DNA of 64,000 bases, taken from IMG/VR virus record IMGVR_UViG_3300029913_000001. One strand, 5' to 3'. Of this stretch, positions 1 through 9,418 are shown one piece after another. Under the pieces are notes generated by a model. The model did no database searches, had not been told where the DNA came from, and saw only the letters and a program-made list of their open reading frames with translations. The number at the start of each line of letters is the position of its first letter. The stretch's first letter is position 1. The translations under genes and the position numbers were made by a program. Source of the DNA: a virus. Its lineage: Duplodnaviria > Caudoviricetes.

Positions 1-1422
1 CAGAGCCGCATTCACTACTCCGTTCACAGCGCCAGCCGCGACGGTGCCTGAGAACATCGCATTTCCTGAATCGTCAATCTTCCACATATAAGCACTGTTG
101 CTGCTGTTCGCTCCATATACTTCTGCTCGCGTGTCATTGGCGGCAGGAACAATAGCGATAGCAGTCTGTGTGAGGCTAGGATACAAAGTAAGTGCATTAG
201 CCTGTAAAGTATAGAAATTAAACGCATCGCTCGAATAATTCTGAATATAATCTGCCCCGAGCGTATCTATGCTTGTTCCATTTAATAGTCCTTGTACCCA
301 GTTCACGTTTACTCTTCCGGAAACCGAACTTGACGGCACATACCAGGAATATGCCGAATCGTAAATATTGAAATTGAACGTGTTGGCATCAATATTCGCA
401 GTAGCGGTCGTAGTTGTTGTGGCAGATATTCCAATAGATGAAGGGGTTCCATTTCCTTCAAAAAACCCCTCAAATGTATTCGCCTCGATTTGTTTTCCTG
501 CATTTAAAAGAGTGATCCCAGTGGCGGGAATTGAGGTAGATACGGCAAGAAAAGTCAGGCCCTTAAACTCATTTGCGTTAATCCAACCACCATTCGAGGT
601 TGAAAGAACCAATGGCCGCAAAACGCCGTTAGTGTACATTCCATTGACATGGGTATACGCCGCGCCATAGTTCAAAGTTGGGCAGTTAATAAGTAGTCCT
701 ATTCCTGGCGCTGAAGTTGCTCCATCAATAGATAAATTATCAATTTCAGGCCCTATAATTGGCCCCCCGGTGGTGCAGGTAAAACTTACCGCACTTCCAG
801 AATACGTGATTGGATAATTCCCCAGCCCAACATGAAGTCCTTTGAGAATACTCCCTCCCACTACATGCACCACGTCTGATGACACTGCTGCGGGAATAAT
901 TGTCGTTGCATCCGAGAAATCAAGCTCTTGGCCAGCAGTTAGGGAAATCGTCCCGGCAAGAACCTGCGTAGTAGTTCCAAGGCAACTTGCATCTACCTTA
1001 CCCAGAGACAATGGGAGTGATGCAAAGGCATTCGCTATTTTCACATCGGCAGTCGAGCCTGAAAAATAACAGGCTGACACACCGTTATTGACCAAAGGGG
1101 ATGTAATCGCAGTGCCCGCCGCGAAGGTACCAGGAGCTGTTACAACCTGCGAACTACCACTGCCTGTTGCGGTCCATCCAGACGGCAATCCTGTAAAACT
1201 AGAGCAAGTAATTGCTCCATTAGATGCGGTTGCTAATACAGGACAGTTAGCCGCAATGCCGGCGCCAGTAAAAAGATTTGCCCAAGCTCCTGCGGCGGTT
1301 GCGGAGCCAGTTCCTCCATTTGCGATAGGCAATTGATTTTTAACATCCGATCTTAAATTAATTTGCTGAGAATATAAACATGAAGCAAAAAGTAATAATA
1401 TAAGTGCCGATATTTTTTTCAT
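1..1422 (-). CDS. Tail-fibre/tailspike-like beta-helix protein with N-terminal signal peptide (partial, runs off the left edge)
   Basis: Hand translation gives an open frame of 474 codons from ATG 1422 (RBS AGGAG): MKKISALILLLFASCLYSQQINLRSDVKNQLPIANGGTGSATAAGAW..., G/T/S/A-rich. It is absent from the ORF track because there is no stop in the window. Confidence 0.75.
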   Translation of the reverse strand, partial: MKKISALILLLFASCLYSQQINLRSDVKNQLPIANGGTGSATAAGAWANLFTGAGIAANCPVLATASNGAITCSSFTGLPSGWTATGSGSSQVVTAPGTFAAGTAITSPLVNNGVSACYFSGSTADVKIANAFASLPLSLGKVDASCLGTTTQVLAGTISLTAGQELDFSDATTIIPAAVSSDVVHVVGGSILKGLHVGLGNYPITYSGSAVSFTCTTGGPIIGPEIDNLSIDGATSAPGIGLLINCPTLNYGAAYTHVNGMYTNGVLRPLVLSTSNGGWINANEFKGLTFLAVSTSIPATGITLLNAGKQIEANTFEGFFEGNGTPSSIGISATTTTTATANIDANTFNFNIYDSAYSWYVPSSSVSGRVNVNWVQGLLNGTSIDTLGADYIQNYSSDAFNFYTLQANALTLYPSLTQTAIAIVPAANDTRAEVYGANSSNSAYMWKIDDSGNAMFSGTVAAGAVNGVVNAAL

Positions 1423-1428
1423 AATCTC

Positions 1429-1761
1429 CTAGATGAAAACAATAGCATTGCCGGTAACCGAAGCATCGGAAGCAACAAGATTTAAATTGGTAGAATCATA
1501 AGATGGAATTTGGAACCAAATTTGACCGCCACTGGTCATTTGAATAAGAGCCGCAGAAGGATTCCCTCCTAAATTATGTGCAACTGAAAAATTGCCGCTT
1601 GCTCCTGGAGAGAGGGTAATATTTGTTTTAATTTTACCGGACATATAATATGCTAATTGCACGCTGGAAGCAGTTTGGGTTGCGCCTGCTTCAACTAACG
1701 GATAAATAGCTGAATCCGATACTGCCGCCGCTGTAGGAAGTTGTGAAATTTTAATCGACAT
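1429..1761 (-). CDS. Hypothetical, probably virion-associated protein
   Basis: 110 aa; MSIKISQLPTA start resembles phage fibre-associated proteins; tightly coupled to the downstream gene. Confidence 0.6.
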   Translation of the reverse strand: MSIKISQLPTAAAVSDSAIYPLVEAGATQTASSVQLAYYMSGKIKTNITLSPGASGNFSVAHNLGGNPSAALIQMTSGGQIWFQIPSYDSTNLNLVASDASVTGNAIVFI

Positions 1762-1773
1762 GTTATCCTCTAA

Positions 1774-2325
1774 TTATGTTGTCCAAGGGTGACCTTTAAC
1801 TGGACTTGTAGTACCTGCATAAACATTAAGAATTCTGTACGAAGGAGTGCCAACTTTTTGTCGTTCTGGCGCTGCAATGTACATAAGTTTTAATAATCGT
1901 CGTTGATTTTTGGGCATTGCATTAAGAATAGCGTTCCAATTAGACCCAATTGAAAAATAACTATCCATTTCAAAAGTAGGATTGGAAATACTGCCGGTTA
2001 TTACAGTTAAATTACCATCGGTACTCATATTTATGTTATTTTCAGTAGTGAGAGCGTCACTCGCCTCATCTTCTAATGTTCCGGAAGAAGTATCATATGA
2101 ACCAGATTGAATGCCGGCATTTGCAAGGGGTGTATCTTTAGTATCCGTTTCATAAATATTAAAAGATCCCGGTATGGAAACAATTATATTAATTTTAGAT
2201 GATGAGACGTTAGCCGTAACCCCATAGATATTTGCAGAATTTATAGAATTGACGAACGCAGATGCATTTGTACCCAAGATTTTTATTTGAGCGCCTAACG
2301 TCGCATTGTCATAAGTATTATTCAT
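1774..2325 (-). CDS. Hypothetical protein (possibly structural)
   Basis: 183 aa, N/S/T-rich; TAAATA late-promoter-like motif at 2331-2336. Confidence 0.6.
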   Translation of the reverse strand: MNNTYDNATLGAQIKILGTNASAFVNSINSANIYGVTANVSSSKINIIVSIPGSFNIYETDTKDTPLANAGIQSGSYDTSSGTLEDEASDALTTENNINMSTDGNLTVITGSISNPTFEMDSYFSIGSNWNAILNAMPKNQRRLLKLMYIAAPERQKVGTPSYRILNVYAGTTSPVKGHPWTT

Positions 2326-2344
2326 ATCTATATTTAGCCAACCG

Positions 2345-3787
2345 TTAAGGAAGCGGTAATTTCTTCTTGTTGGGGGTAACCGATATTCTCGCAGCCTGTA
2401 TCTCTCGAAAATATTGAACTAACGCAGATTGGCTTAATTGGCCTGCTAGATAAGCAGATACATATTGTGCATATTCTCGTTCTTCGGGAGTGGTTGTATA
2501 TTTTGAAAGCAAAATATATAATTTTTTCAAATATTGATGCTTCATTTTTTCTGGATTGCAAGCCGCATCAAGAGCTACAATGAAACGAGCAATAGTTGCT
2601 TGCAAAACATTAATATCGGCGTGTAACCAATCCCCACCGGGACTGCGAAATTCAACATATCCGGTTTTCAAATTAATACTGGTATATTTAGGAGTATCGG
2701 CGAATATATTACTCACGACTCTTATTGCAAATCCTGACATTTTATCTTTCATATTAGACAAATATTGATTAACAAGTGCGGGATCGGTAGCTAATTTTCC
2801 GCCGATTAATCCAATAGCGGGTTTGCAGAAAGTATTCGCCCCGCGCCCAAATTGATCGAGAATATAATTATCACCCAACATTAGAGCTAACTTAGTATAA
2901 TCGATTTTTGACTTATTAAAGTCAGGCAAACTTACATTTATATGTAAACCTGTAGAGCTATTGGTGTAGCATCCATATTTAGATGCCCACGCAATTATTT
3001 TTGCAAGATCAACATTCATTGATAAAAATGACATTGGCGGGGAAATAAATTCTAACCCAGCATCGGTTTCATCGTTCGCGGTTTCAATAGAGGAGTCAGG
3101 CTCAATAGAATATCCCGAATCACTTCTTCCCGTTCCATGATAGGTATCCGAAGTAAACGCGACGTGGGCAACATTTTTTGAAAACAAAGAAGATACTCGA
3201 TCTAGATCGGGTTCTAGATCACCTTCAGATTCTATATAATACGGCCATACAAGATTATATTGCTCTTCAACACCACTTAACCATCGTAATCCGACATCCA
3301 CCAACCAATTGACTTCGTTAATATCTTTGTCGTCTTCCTCGTTAGAGAACCAATCATCTTTTATTTCGGTATATTCATCGCCGATTTCATCGTATAAATT
3401 TTCTTCGACTAGATCTTTTTCGTCACCTTCTAGGTTGGTAGTTGCCATGAATTTTTCAATCGAATTTTGTTTACCATAATTTTTCCAGTTTTTATCACAT
3501 TCTTCTTGCCACCATGTATCAAAACTTGATTCTAACTCGGTACGAAGATTACGTATTTCTTCCCGTGAATTATACATGCCCTCATCAAAAAATTCAACGA
3601 TTTGGTCGATGCTTGAACATCTTGCGTCCATAATATCATCTCGTTCACTGCTAACCTCGGGGGCCACCATTATATTCGGAACTGCCATTTCAAATTCAAT
3701 ACCTACTCTGGCATTAATTTTTGAGGCCAACGAAATTAAAATATTTGGGCTAGCTTTATACTCGGTTAGTAACTCTTTAATCTTCAT
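2345..3787 (-). CDS. Putative amidoligase (COOH-NH2 ligase, Amidoligase_2-like)
   Basis: Motifs GIEFE, SIEPDSSI, GLEFISPP, STGLHINVS and KYTSINL..VEFRSPGG; leader MKIKELLTE. Confidence 0.8.
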   Translation of the reverse strand: MKIKELLTEYKASPNILISLASKINARVGIEFEMAVPNIMVAPEVSSERDDIMDARCSSIDQIVEFFDEGMYNSREEIRNLRTELESSFDTWWQEECDKNWKNYGKQNSIEKFMATTNLEGDEKDLVEENLYDEIGDEYTEIKDDWFSNEEDDKDINEVNWLVDVGLRWLSGVEEQYNLVWPYYIESEGDLEPDLDRVSSLFSKNVAHVAFTSDTYHGTGRSDSGYSIEPDSSIETANDETDAGLEFISPPMSFLSMNVDLAKIIAWASKYGCYTNSSTGLHINVSLPDFNKSKIDYTKLALMLGDNYILDQFGRGANTFCKPAIGLIGGKLATDPALVNQYLSNMKDKMSGFAIRVVSNIFADTPKYTSINLKTGYVEFRSPGGDWLHADINVLQATIARFIVALDAACNPEKMKHQYLKKLYILLSKYTTTPEEREYAQYVSAYLAGQLSQSALVQYFREIQAARISVTPNKKKLPLP

Positions 3788-3792
3788 AATAG

Positions 3793-3798
3793 TATTTA
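3793..3798 (-). promoter_or_regulatory. T4-like late promoter core (TAAATA)
   Basis: TAAATA 5 nt upstream of the amidoligase ATG; the same motif is at 2331-2336 and 32399-32404. Confidence 0.5.
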
Positions 3799-3810
3799 TT
3801 TTACAGACAA

Positions 3811-3848
3811 AAATATGAGGTGACTTTTAAAAGTCACCTCATATTTTT
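3811..3848. terminator. Intrinsic terminator (perfect inverted repeat)
   Basis: aaaatatgaggtgac-ttttaaaa-gtcacctcatatttt. Confidence 0.75.
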
Positions 3849-4089
3849 AATCTAATTCAATTTCTAGATTATTTCGTTTTTTAAATTTCCAAATTGAAAA
3901 TCTCTTTTTGCAAATTTTGTTCCATAATCTAGAAGATTGTTTTGTGATACTAAACCCATTATTCTTCTTAAAGTATCCAGGAGAATCTTGCGGTGTAATA
4001 TTTTCCTCGAGTTTACCCACTCGTTTAAATTCTCGAAATCTTCGATTTACTATTCTATCGGTACGTTCCCTTCGAGTTCTTCTGTCCAT
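3847..4089 (-). CDS. Small basic hypothetical protein
   Basis: Likely start MDRRTRRE within ORF 3847..4134; fills the gap after the HNH gene. Confidence 0.35.
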   Translation of the reverse strand: MDRRTRRERTDRIVNRRFREFKRVGKLEENITPQDSPGYFKKNNGFSITKQSSRLWNKICKKRFSIWKFKKRNNLEIELD

Positions 4090-4664
4090 TGGTTTTCTCC
4101 TTCGTCTGAATCGTAGAACAAAAACTTTCTCCAATCAGGATCATCCATACCTAGGTTGCGTAATAGATGTCGGCTTGTGTGAATACCAATCGAACGTGGC
4201 ATTCTAATTAATTTCATATCGGTAAGTTCTGTTAATAATTTATTGCCTTTTTTATTGTTGCAAGAATGGCAACATGCAACAAGATTTTCCCAGGTAGATT
4301 GGCCTCCTTTAGATCTAGGCCGCACATGATCCAATGTTAACGCTTTCGGCGAGAAAACCTTACCGCAATATTGACAGGTATTATGGTCTCTGTTGAGAAT
4401 ATTTCGTCGAGTAAGAATATGAAGTCTTACAGGTATAAATTTATATTCGAGCAAACGAATAACAGACGGCAAAAATTGATCAACGAGAATAAAATCGCCG
4501 GTTATTTCATCCCACATAGTTGTGGTATAAATTTTTTCAGGCCGTGTCTTTTCAGTCTTAGCAATACCCTTATATATAAGAGTCACCGCTCTCTTTGCAG
4601 AGCAAAAAGATAACGGTTCAAATGCAGAATTCAAAACTAAGCAACTTTTTCTCGATAAATCCAT
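4050..4664 (-). CDS. HNH endonuclease
   Basis: RRNILNRDHNTCQYCG...TLDHVRPRSKGG..WENLVACCHSCNNKKG, with an LVLNSAFEP N-terminal motif. Confidence 0.92.
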   Translation of the reverse strand: MDLSRKSCLVLNSAFEPLSFCSAKRAVTLIYKGIAKTEKTRPEKIYTTTMWDEITGDFILVDQFLPSVIRLLEYKFIPVRLHILTRRNILNRDHNTCQYCGKVFSPKALTLDHVRPRSKGGQSTWENLVACCHSCNNKKGNKLLTELTDMKLIRMPRSIGIHTSRHLLRNLGMDDPDWRKFLFYDSDEGENQWTEELEGNVPIE

Positions 4665-4678
4665 TTTAACCTACCCTT

Positions 4679-4885
4679 TCAATTATTTAACCTCGATATT
4701 AATTTCAATTCAATTATTTTTTTTGCTTTATTCCATGCCAATTTTTCGGTAGCTGCCCACGGTGATAAACATTGCTGCCCGGTGAGTATAATACAGGGAA
4801 GATCGAGAGGATCCGAAGACTCTGAAGTATCTACACAGACCCGAGCAGCAGGATAAACCGATTTTACAAATTCTTTCGCGGTCAT
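4679..4885 (-). CDS. Small 'YPxA...AW' family protein
   Basis: VKSVYPAA ... LAWNKAKKIIELKLISRL; paralogs at 4882, 5172, 16975, 19160 and 36266. Confidence 0.7.
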   Translation of the reverse strand: MTAKEFVKSVYPAARVCVDTSESSDPLDLPCIILTGQQCLSPWAATEKLAWNKAKKIIELKLISRLNN

Positions 4886-5253
4886 GATTCTAGCGTCCTT
4901 AATATTTTTAACGTGATGCTATTCAAGGCATCTTCCCACGCAAGATCGATACTATCGTCCCATTTAGAAATTCGATGCGCATCTTCCATATGGGAAATTT
5001 CATACCACGTAAATAAATATTCCCGCCAATCGTTTAAAATAGTGTCGCTAGATCTATTACCAATCATTATGGTATAACTTTCTGGTAAAATTGTTTCGCG
5101 CAAATCGAACCCGGTGGCGAATCGATTAGTAACTGCAAGTGCATCCGGATATACCGACCTAACAGAATTAATTATTCCGCCAATATCATTTGCAGCTTTT
5201 CTTGTATTCGCCTCCATGCCGTCTCCCATGCCGCTTGTTCGGTAATAGCCCAA
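4882..5253 (-). CDS. 'YPxA...AW' family protein (start uncertain)
   Basis: VRSVYPDA ... LAWEDALNSITLKILRTLES. Confidence 0.65.
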   Translation of the reverse strand: MGYYRTSGMGDGMEANTRKAANDIGGIINSVRSVYPDALAVTNRFATGFDLRETILPESYTIMIGNRSSDTILNDWREYLFTWYEISHMEDAHRISKWDDSIDLAWEDALNSITLKILRTLES

Positions 5254-5462
5254 ATACCTAACGGTTTCATTTTAATATTATCCCGTCTTTGCTGAAAATC
5301 CCATGTTACAATTCCATTTTTAACTACATCTTTAAGTTCACACGGAAGTTGATGCAAAACAATATAAATTTGCTCTCCTCCTCGTTGTTTTCCATAATTA
5401 TGAGTGTCTTTACACAGCACCGCATCTGGATATAATTTTAATATTTGTTCTTTATGAGTCAT
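5172..5462 (-). CDS. 'YPxA...AW' family protein
   Basis: QILKLYPDA ... AAWETAWRRIQEKLQMILAE. Confidence 0.65.
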   Translation of the reverse strand: MTHKEQILKLYPDAVLCKDTHNYGKQRGGEQIYIVLHQLPCELKDVVKNGIVTWDFQQRRDNIKMKPLGIWAITEQAAWETAWRRIQEKLQMILAE

Positions 5463-5655
5463 TTGATTAACTTTAAATAGAATTCTGCTTCTTTCCTGGA
5501 ATTTAAAATACCTAACGATTCAACTTTAGTTTTTCTAAATTCGATTTCGATCCACTTCCCCGGTGGCGGAAAATATAAATCCTGAAATTTTTAGAACTTC
5601 AATTTTTCGAAATAAAAAGCCAACTCGTTTAAATTTTAAAAATGAACGGGGAAAA

Positions 5656-6429
5656 TCATTCATATTTTTTCTCGATTGCAGTAACTATCTTACTAATGTC
5701 GGCGTTATAAAAGCCGCTAGAGTTAATGCTGTTAAATTCAACAATTTTAAATTCGCCGGTTGTTAATTGCGCAGCATCCATCACAACGGTGTCTGATGGT
5801 ACCCAGTTTTTTAATAATTGTTCGGCGGCTTTCCAAATATCAACACCAATAGGCTCTCTAATAGTAAGATACCCATACTTCTTGTATAAAGAGCCGGTTA
5901 TGATTTTTCCATCAATGATCCAGAATCTCCACTCACGTTCAATTTTTTGAATAGGTGAACAGCAAATTTTTAAATCACCGGATAGTTCGTTATACTCTTC
6001 ATTAAACCAATCTCTATCTGGGCCTTCCAATACCATACCGGTAAATTCTTTTACAGCAACAGGCTTTACAAATACCGGTTGAGTGATCCAATCTTCTCTT
6101 AACTGTGATAGGGTAATAGTGTTAACCGATTGATTTAACATATCTTTTCGATGAGTAGCCCAAATGTTGGGATTCCACCAGCCATCTTCCCAGAATATTC
6201 CGGTAGAACAATTTAGTTTTTTTGCTAAAATTGGTAATACCGTACCACCATAAAACATTGTCGGAATTGAAAAATTAACCTGTTCAATACCGGTAATTGT
6301 ATGCTCAAATGGAATTACGCCGCATAATGTAAACGGAATACCCATTTTTTGCAAAGTGCTAATTAACGGACTACAATTGTTTTGCAGAGCGGTCCAATTT
6401 AACGAATCCTGAACAATCCATTGTGTCAT
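5656..6429 (-). CDS. ATP-grasp domain protein (DUF4343/R2K-like)
   Basis: FVKPVAVKEFTG, IEREWRFWIIDGKIITGSLY, VVMDAA..EFKIVEFNSINSSGFY. Confidence 0.85.
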   Translation of the reverse strand: MTQWIVQDSLNWTALQNNCSPLISTLQKMGIPFTLCGVIPFEHTITGIEQVNFSIPTMFYGGTVLPILAKKLNCSTGIFWEDGWWNPNIWATHRKDMLNQSVNTITLSQLREDWITQPVFVKPVAVKEFTGMVLEGPDRDWFNEEYNELSGDLKICCSPIQKIEREWRFWIIDGKIITGSLYKKYGYLTIREPIGVDIWKAAEQLLKNWVPSDTVVMDAAQLTTGEFKIVEFNSINSSGFYNADISKIVTAIEKKYE

Positions 6430-6608
6430 TGCATTAGCCTTAGCAAAAATTCGGTATCTTTATCTGGTGTGAACGCAATCTTGGTTGGAAAAATATGATC
6501 GATCATATAGGCATGCGTTAATCCATGTATTAGACTTCTACCATATCTAGAAAACTCCCAACCTTTTTTATGCGCCCATAGTAATTCTTCTCGAGTAAAC
6601 TCGCCCAT
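6426..6608 (-). CDS. Hypothetical protein
   Basis: 60 aa; overlaps the start of the next gene; ends FLLRLMQ. Confidence 0.5.
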   Translation of the reverse strand: MGEFTREELLWAHKKGWEFSRYGRSLIHGLTHAYMIDHIFPTKIAFTPDKDTEFLLRLMQ

Positions 6609-6756
6609 CCAATGATAATAGTCTTCTTCATATGGATCCCAAAGTATTGCTTTTTCACAGTATCAATGCGTTTGGATACATCTTTTTCACTCGAGATTTA
6701 AATGAAGCGGCCATGCTTTAATGATAGCATGGCCAATGGAAAAAAGCAAGTATTTT

Positions 6757-7059
6757 TTATAGCGGTACCGAAGATACCAATTTTTCCAAAATACCAAGCG
6801 TATTATTAACCTGGTTGGCATATTCAATATCATCTTTAATCGAATTAACCAGATTCTGAATCGAAATAATTATGGATTTATCGAACATTGCAGCAAGATT
6901 GGAAAAATTTTCGGTTCGATTCGAAATGTCCATCGCAAGAGCCGAATCGGATAATCTATTTACATCATGTTTAATTTGGGTAATTTGATCCCGAATAGGT
7001 CCAGGCTTGCTTGACCAATATAAGGTTGTTAATTGAATTTGGACGTCGTCTATTGTCAT
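6757..7059 (-). CDS. Hypothetical helical protein
   Basis: 100 aa; coupled to the upstream lipoprotein gene. Confidence 0.6.
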   Translation of the reverse strand: MTIDDVQIQLTTLYWSSKPGPIRDQITQIKHDVNRLSDSALAMDISNRTENFSNLAAMFDKSIIISIQNLVNSIKDDIEYANQVNNTLGILEKLVSSVPL

Positions 7060-7060
7060 T

Positions 7061-7816
7061 TTATTTTTCCCCGGCTAACTGATGATGAATTACCGCTAAT
7101 TTTTGTATATTATTAATTGCAGAATCAAGATTTGCTTGGGCTGTTAATGCATCTTTTTCGATTTGCGCTAATTTTTCAATTTCCGTTCGTTTTTCAACAG
7201 CCGACATTTTATCCTGATTATTTTGAATAAATTGACTTTGATAAATTAACACCGATTCATAATCATTTTTTTCTTGCTGCTTGAGATCAGTAAGATCTAA
7301 TACAAATAAAACAACAAACTGTTGAACTAACGGATCTGCGGTTTTAATAATTTTGGGCAAATCATGCCTTGCCCGTTTATGTAGGAATTGAGTAGTAATG
7401 TTGTTTAGTTGCCCGGCAGCAATTCCTAACTCTTGACCAGTGTTCTTTTGCGCCGTTGAAATAGTGGGTTCAACAATAGAAGAAGGTAAGGCTGGAATTG
7501 CAACGGTTGGATTAACAATTGACTCTAACGCGGCTGCATAGGTTTTTAGGCTTGCAAGAGAATTTGTACGAATTAATAAATCTTTATCTGATATAAAATT
7601 TGTAATTTGGTTGGGTTTAAAATTTGAAACGGAGTATTGATCCACCAAAACAGCCTGCTCTTGCATAATATGAATGCTGTTGCTAGTCGTGTATAAGGTT
7701 GAAATTGAATCAAATGTAGCTGGCGCGGTCGCAGAAAACGATACAATAGGTTGGGACCATTTATTATAGCCGCACCCAGAGATTAATACAAGCGAAGTGA
7801 AAAGAAGGGTTTTCAT
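7061..7816 (-). CDS. Putative lipoprotein
   Basis: Start MKTLLFTSLVLISGC gives a hydrophobic stretch and a lipobox Cys; coiled-coil C-terminus. Confidence 0.7.
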   Translation of the reverse strand: MKTLLFTSLVLISGCGYNKWSQPIVSFSATAPATFDSISTLYTTSNSIHIMQEQAVLVDQYSVSNFKPNQITNFISDKDLLIRTNSLASLKTYAAALESIVNPTVAIPALPSSIVEPTISTAQKNTGQELGIAAGQLNNITTQFLHKRARHDLPKIIKTADPLVQQFVVLFVLDLTDLKQQEKNDYESVLIYQSQFIQNNQDKMSAVEKRTEIEKLAQIEKDALTAQANLDSAINNIQKLAVIHHQLAGEK

Positions 7817-7826
7817 AAAAAATATG

Positions 7827-8417
7827 TTACTTTTTAATGTCATTGTATCCCGCCAAATCTCGTATTTGTTGAATGTCGAAAAAATTTTTTGTTTCCCACA
7901 ACGTTGAGGATTCGGTTAACACGAATCGAATATTTTTTGCAGTATCGTTATAATTATCGATCAGTTCATTTTCGGTGTGTAATATACGATAATTATAACC
8001 ATCATACGCGAGAATTTTATGACCCGACCTTAATAATCGTTTCCATACCAATAATCCTGAATCAGGTACCTGATCATCGCTAAATAATCGAATACCTTTT
8101 TTTGAATCCTTAAGAATAGCATCGTATAATTCATCGGCATACGGTCCAATTCCCTTATCTTTTTTGCCGAGTAAATGAACTACTAATCCTTGCGGCTTTT
8201 TTTCTAATTCTATTGCAAGCTGAATATCGCCATTGACCTCAAACCAATAATATATCATTGAATCTAGATCAATTTTTCTAAGATTTCTATTAGATATCGG
8301 TTTTATACCAAGCGCGAGTAATTCATCTATATTTCTCTTCAGAAACTCGTAATAATCGGCTAAGCCGATTGGTTTCGGCGATTCAGCGATCCAAGTTTCA
8401 TAGAAGTTCGATTTCAT
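7827..8417 (-). CDS. Divergent GNAT-fold paralog family member
   Basis: YYWFE..IQLAIELEKKPQGLVVHLLGK.DKGIGPYADELYDAIL..IRLFSDDQV..SGLLVWKRL. Confidence 0.7.
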   Translation of the reverse strand: MKSNFYETWIAESPKPIGLADYYEFLKRNIDELLALGIKPISNRNLRKIDLDSMIYYWFEVNGDIQLAIELEKKPQGLVVHLLGKKDKGIGPYADELYDAILKDSKKGIRLFSDDQVPDSGLLVWKRLLRSGHKILAYDGYNYRILHTENELIDNYNDTAKNIRFVLTESSTLWETKNFFDIQQIRDLAGYNDIKK

Positions 8418-8643
8418 ATTAGATGAATTCCTTCGACAATATCTTGTTTTAATTTCTCACGTCGTTTACGTTTTTCTTTAAAATATTTTTTGAAGTGGCA
8501 CATAGTACAGCCACAATTCATATTCCATTTCGAATACTTACCCCATTCGGGTAATAATTCTATGTTCCACCAGTGTGGACGCCAAATATTTTTATACCTT
8601 TCGATCGGAAAACCAGGGCGTTCAGGCCCTGGATTAGATCGAG

Positions 8644-8850
8644 TTAATTCTTAGGCATAGTTTCTTCCTTATCCGCGAAATACCTTTTAATTGCTGCTGA
8701 ATATTTTTGGTTTGCGATTGCTTGCTGCATTCCTAAACCGCCGAGCATTATAGATTTCTTAATTCCGTTAAGTGGATCATCTTCGGCTAGCACACAATCA
8801 TTTTCTTGTGGATGATCGAAATTAGCGGTCGTTATGTGATATTGTTTCAT
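8644..8850 (-). CDS. Hypothetical protein
   Basis: True start is probably MKQYHITT; the longer ORF call runs through tRNA-His. Confidence 0.5.
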   Translation of the reverse strand: MKQYHITTANFDHPQENDCVLAEDDPLNGIKKSIMLGGLGMQQAIANQKYSAAIKRYFADKEETMPKN

Positions 8851-8860
8851 ATTACCTACT

Positions 8861-8949
8861 TGGGGTGGCCGACGGAAGTCGAATCCGCGATGTTCTTTTG
8901 AACCCAGGGTCACAACCTGGCGCAACAAACCGACAGTTGCCTCAGCCAC
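8861..8949 (-). tRNA. tRNA-His(GUG) with long variable arm
   Basis: Acceptor GTGGCTG/CGGCCAC, C73, CCA; anticodon arm CCAGG-TTGTGAC-CCTGG; variable stem GTTC-AAAA-GAAC. Confidence 0.85.
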
Positions 8950-8983
8950 ACTTGACGAGACGGAAAATCACATCTCTAAACTT

Positions 8984-9058
8984 TGGCTCCGACTAGATGA
9001 TTCGAACACCTATTGCGTGGTTCAGCGCCACGAGCCTTAACCATTAGACGAAGTCGGA
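8984..9058 (-). tRNA. tRNA-Gln(CUG), G at position 33
   Basis: TCCGACT/AGTCGGA-G-CCA; CGTGG-CGCTGAA-CCACG; TTCGAAT T-loop. Confidence 0.8.
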
Positions 9059-9066
9059 ACATACAA

Positions 9067-9249
9067 CTATTTACCTTTGTAATCAGATTCATACCATCCA
9101 GTGCCTTTAAAATTCAATGTAGCTGAACATATTACTCGAATCATTTTTTCATTGCACTCGGGACATTTGATAAGAGATTCATCTGAGAATCTCTGTATTT
9201 TTTCTAATTCGAAATTACATTGCTCACAACGATATAGATATAATGGCAT
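9067..9249 (-). CDS. FmdB-family zinc-ribbon protein
   Basis: MPLYLYRCEQC..E..Q......CPEC....R......FKGTGWY..DY. Confidence 0.9.
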   Translation of the reverse strand: MPLYLYRCEQCNFELEKIQRFSDESLIKCPECNEKMIRVICSATLNFKGTGWYESDYKGK

Positions 9250-9418
9250 TATAAAATTCCAGCCTCGTTTCTATTTTTAAAAGTTCTTATATCCTCATCT
9301 ATTTCTTTTTGAGTCGGATAATATTTTTTTGCGCAATCGTCGCATAAAAGATTTTCGGATCCCGGAAAATAAGTAAGTGGCTTATTATATTCATCGCAGC
9401 CGAAACATGGATAATAAT

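Noticed and set aside
368-1336. Plus-strand ORFs 368..670, 842..1069 and 1088..1336, and short minus-strand ORFs 24..227 and 309..503
   Set aside because: They are antisense or off-frame shadows of the long open minus-strand gene 1..1422.
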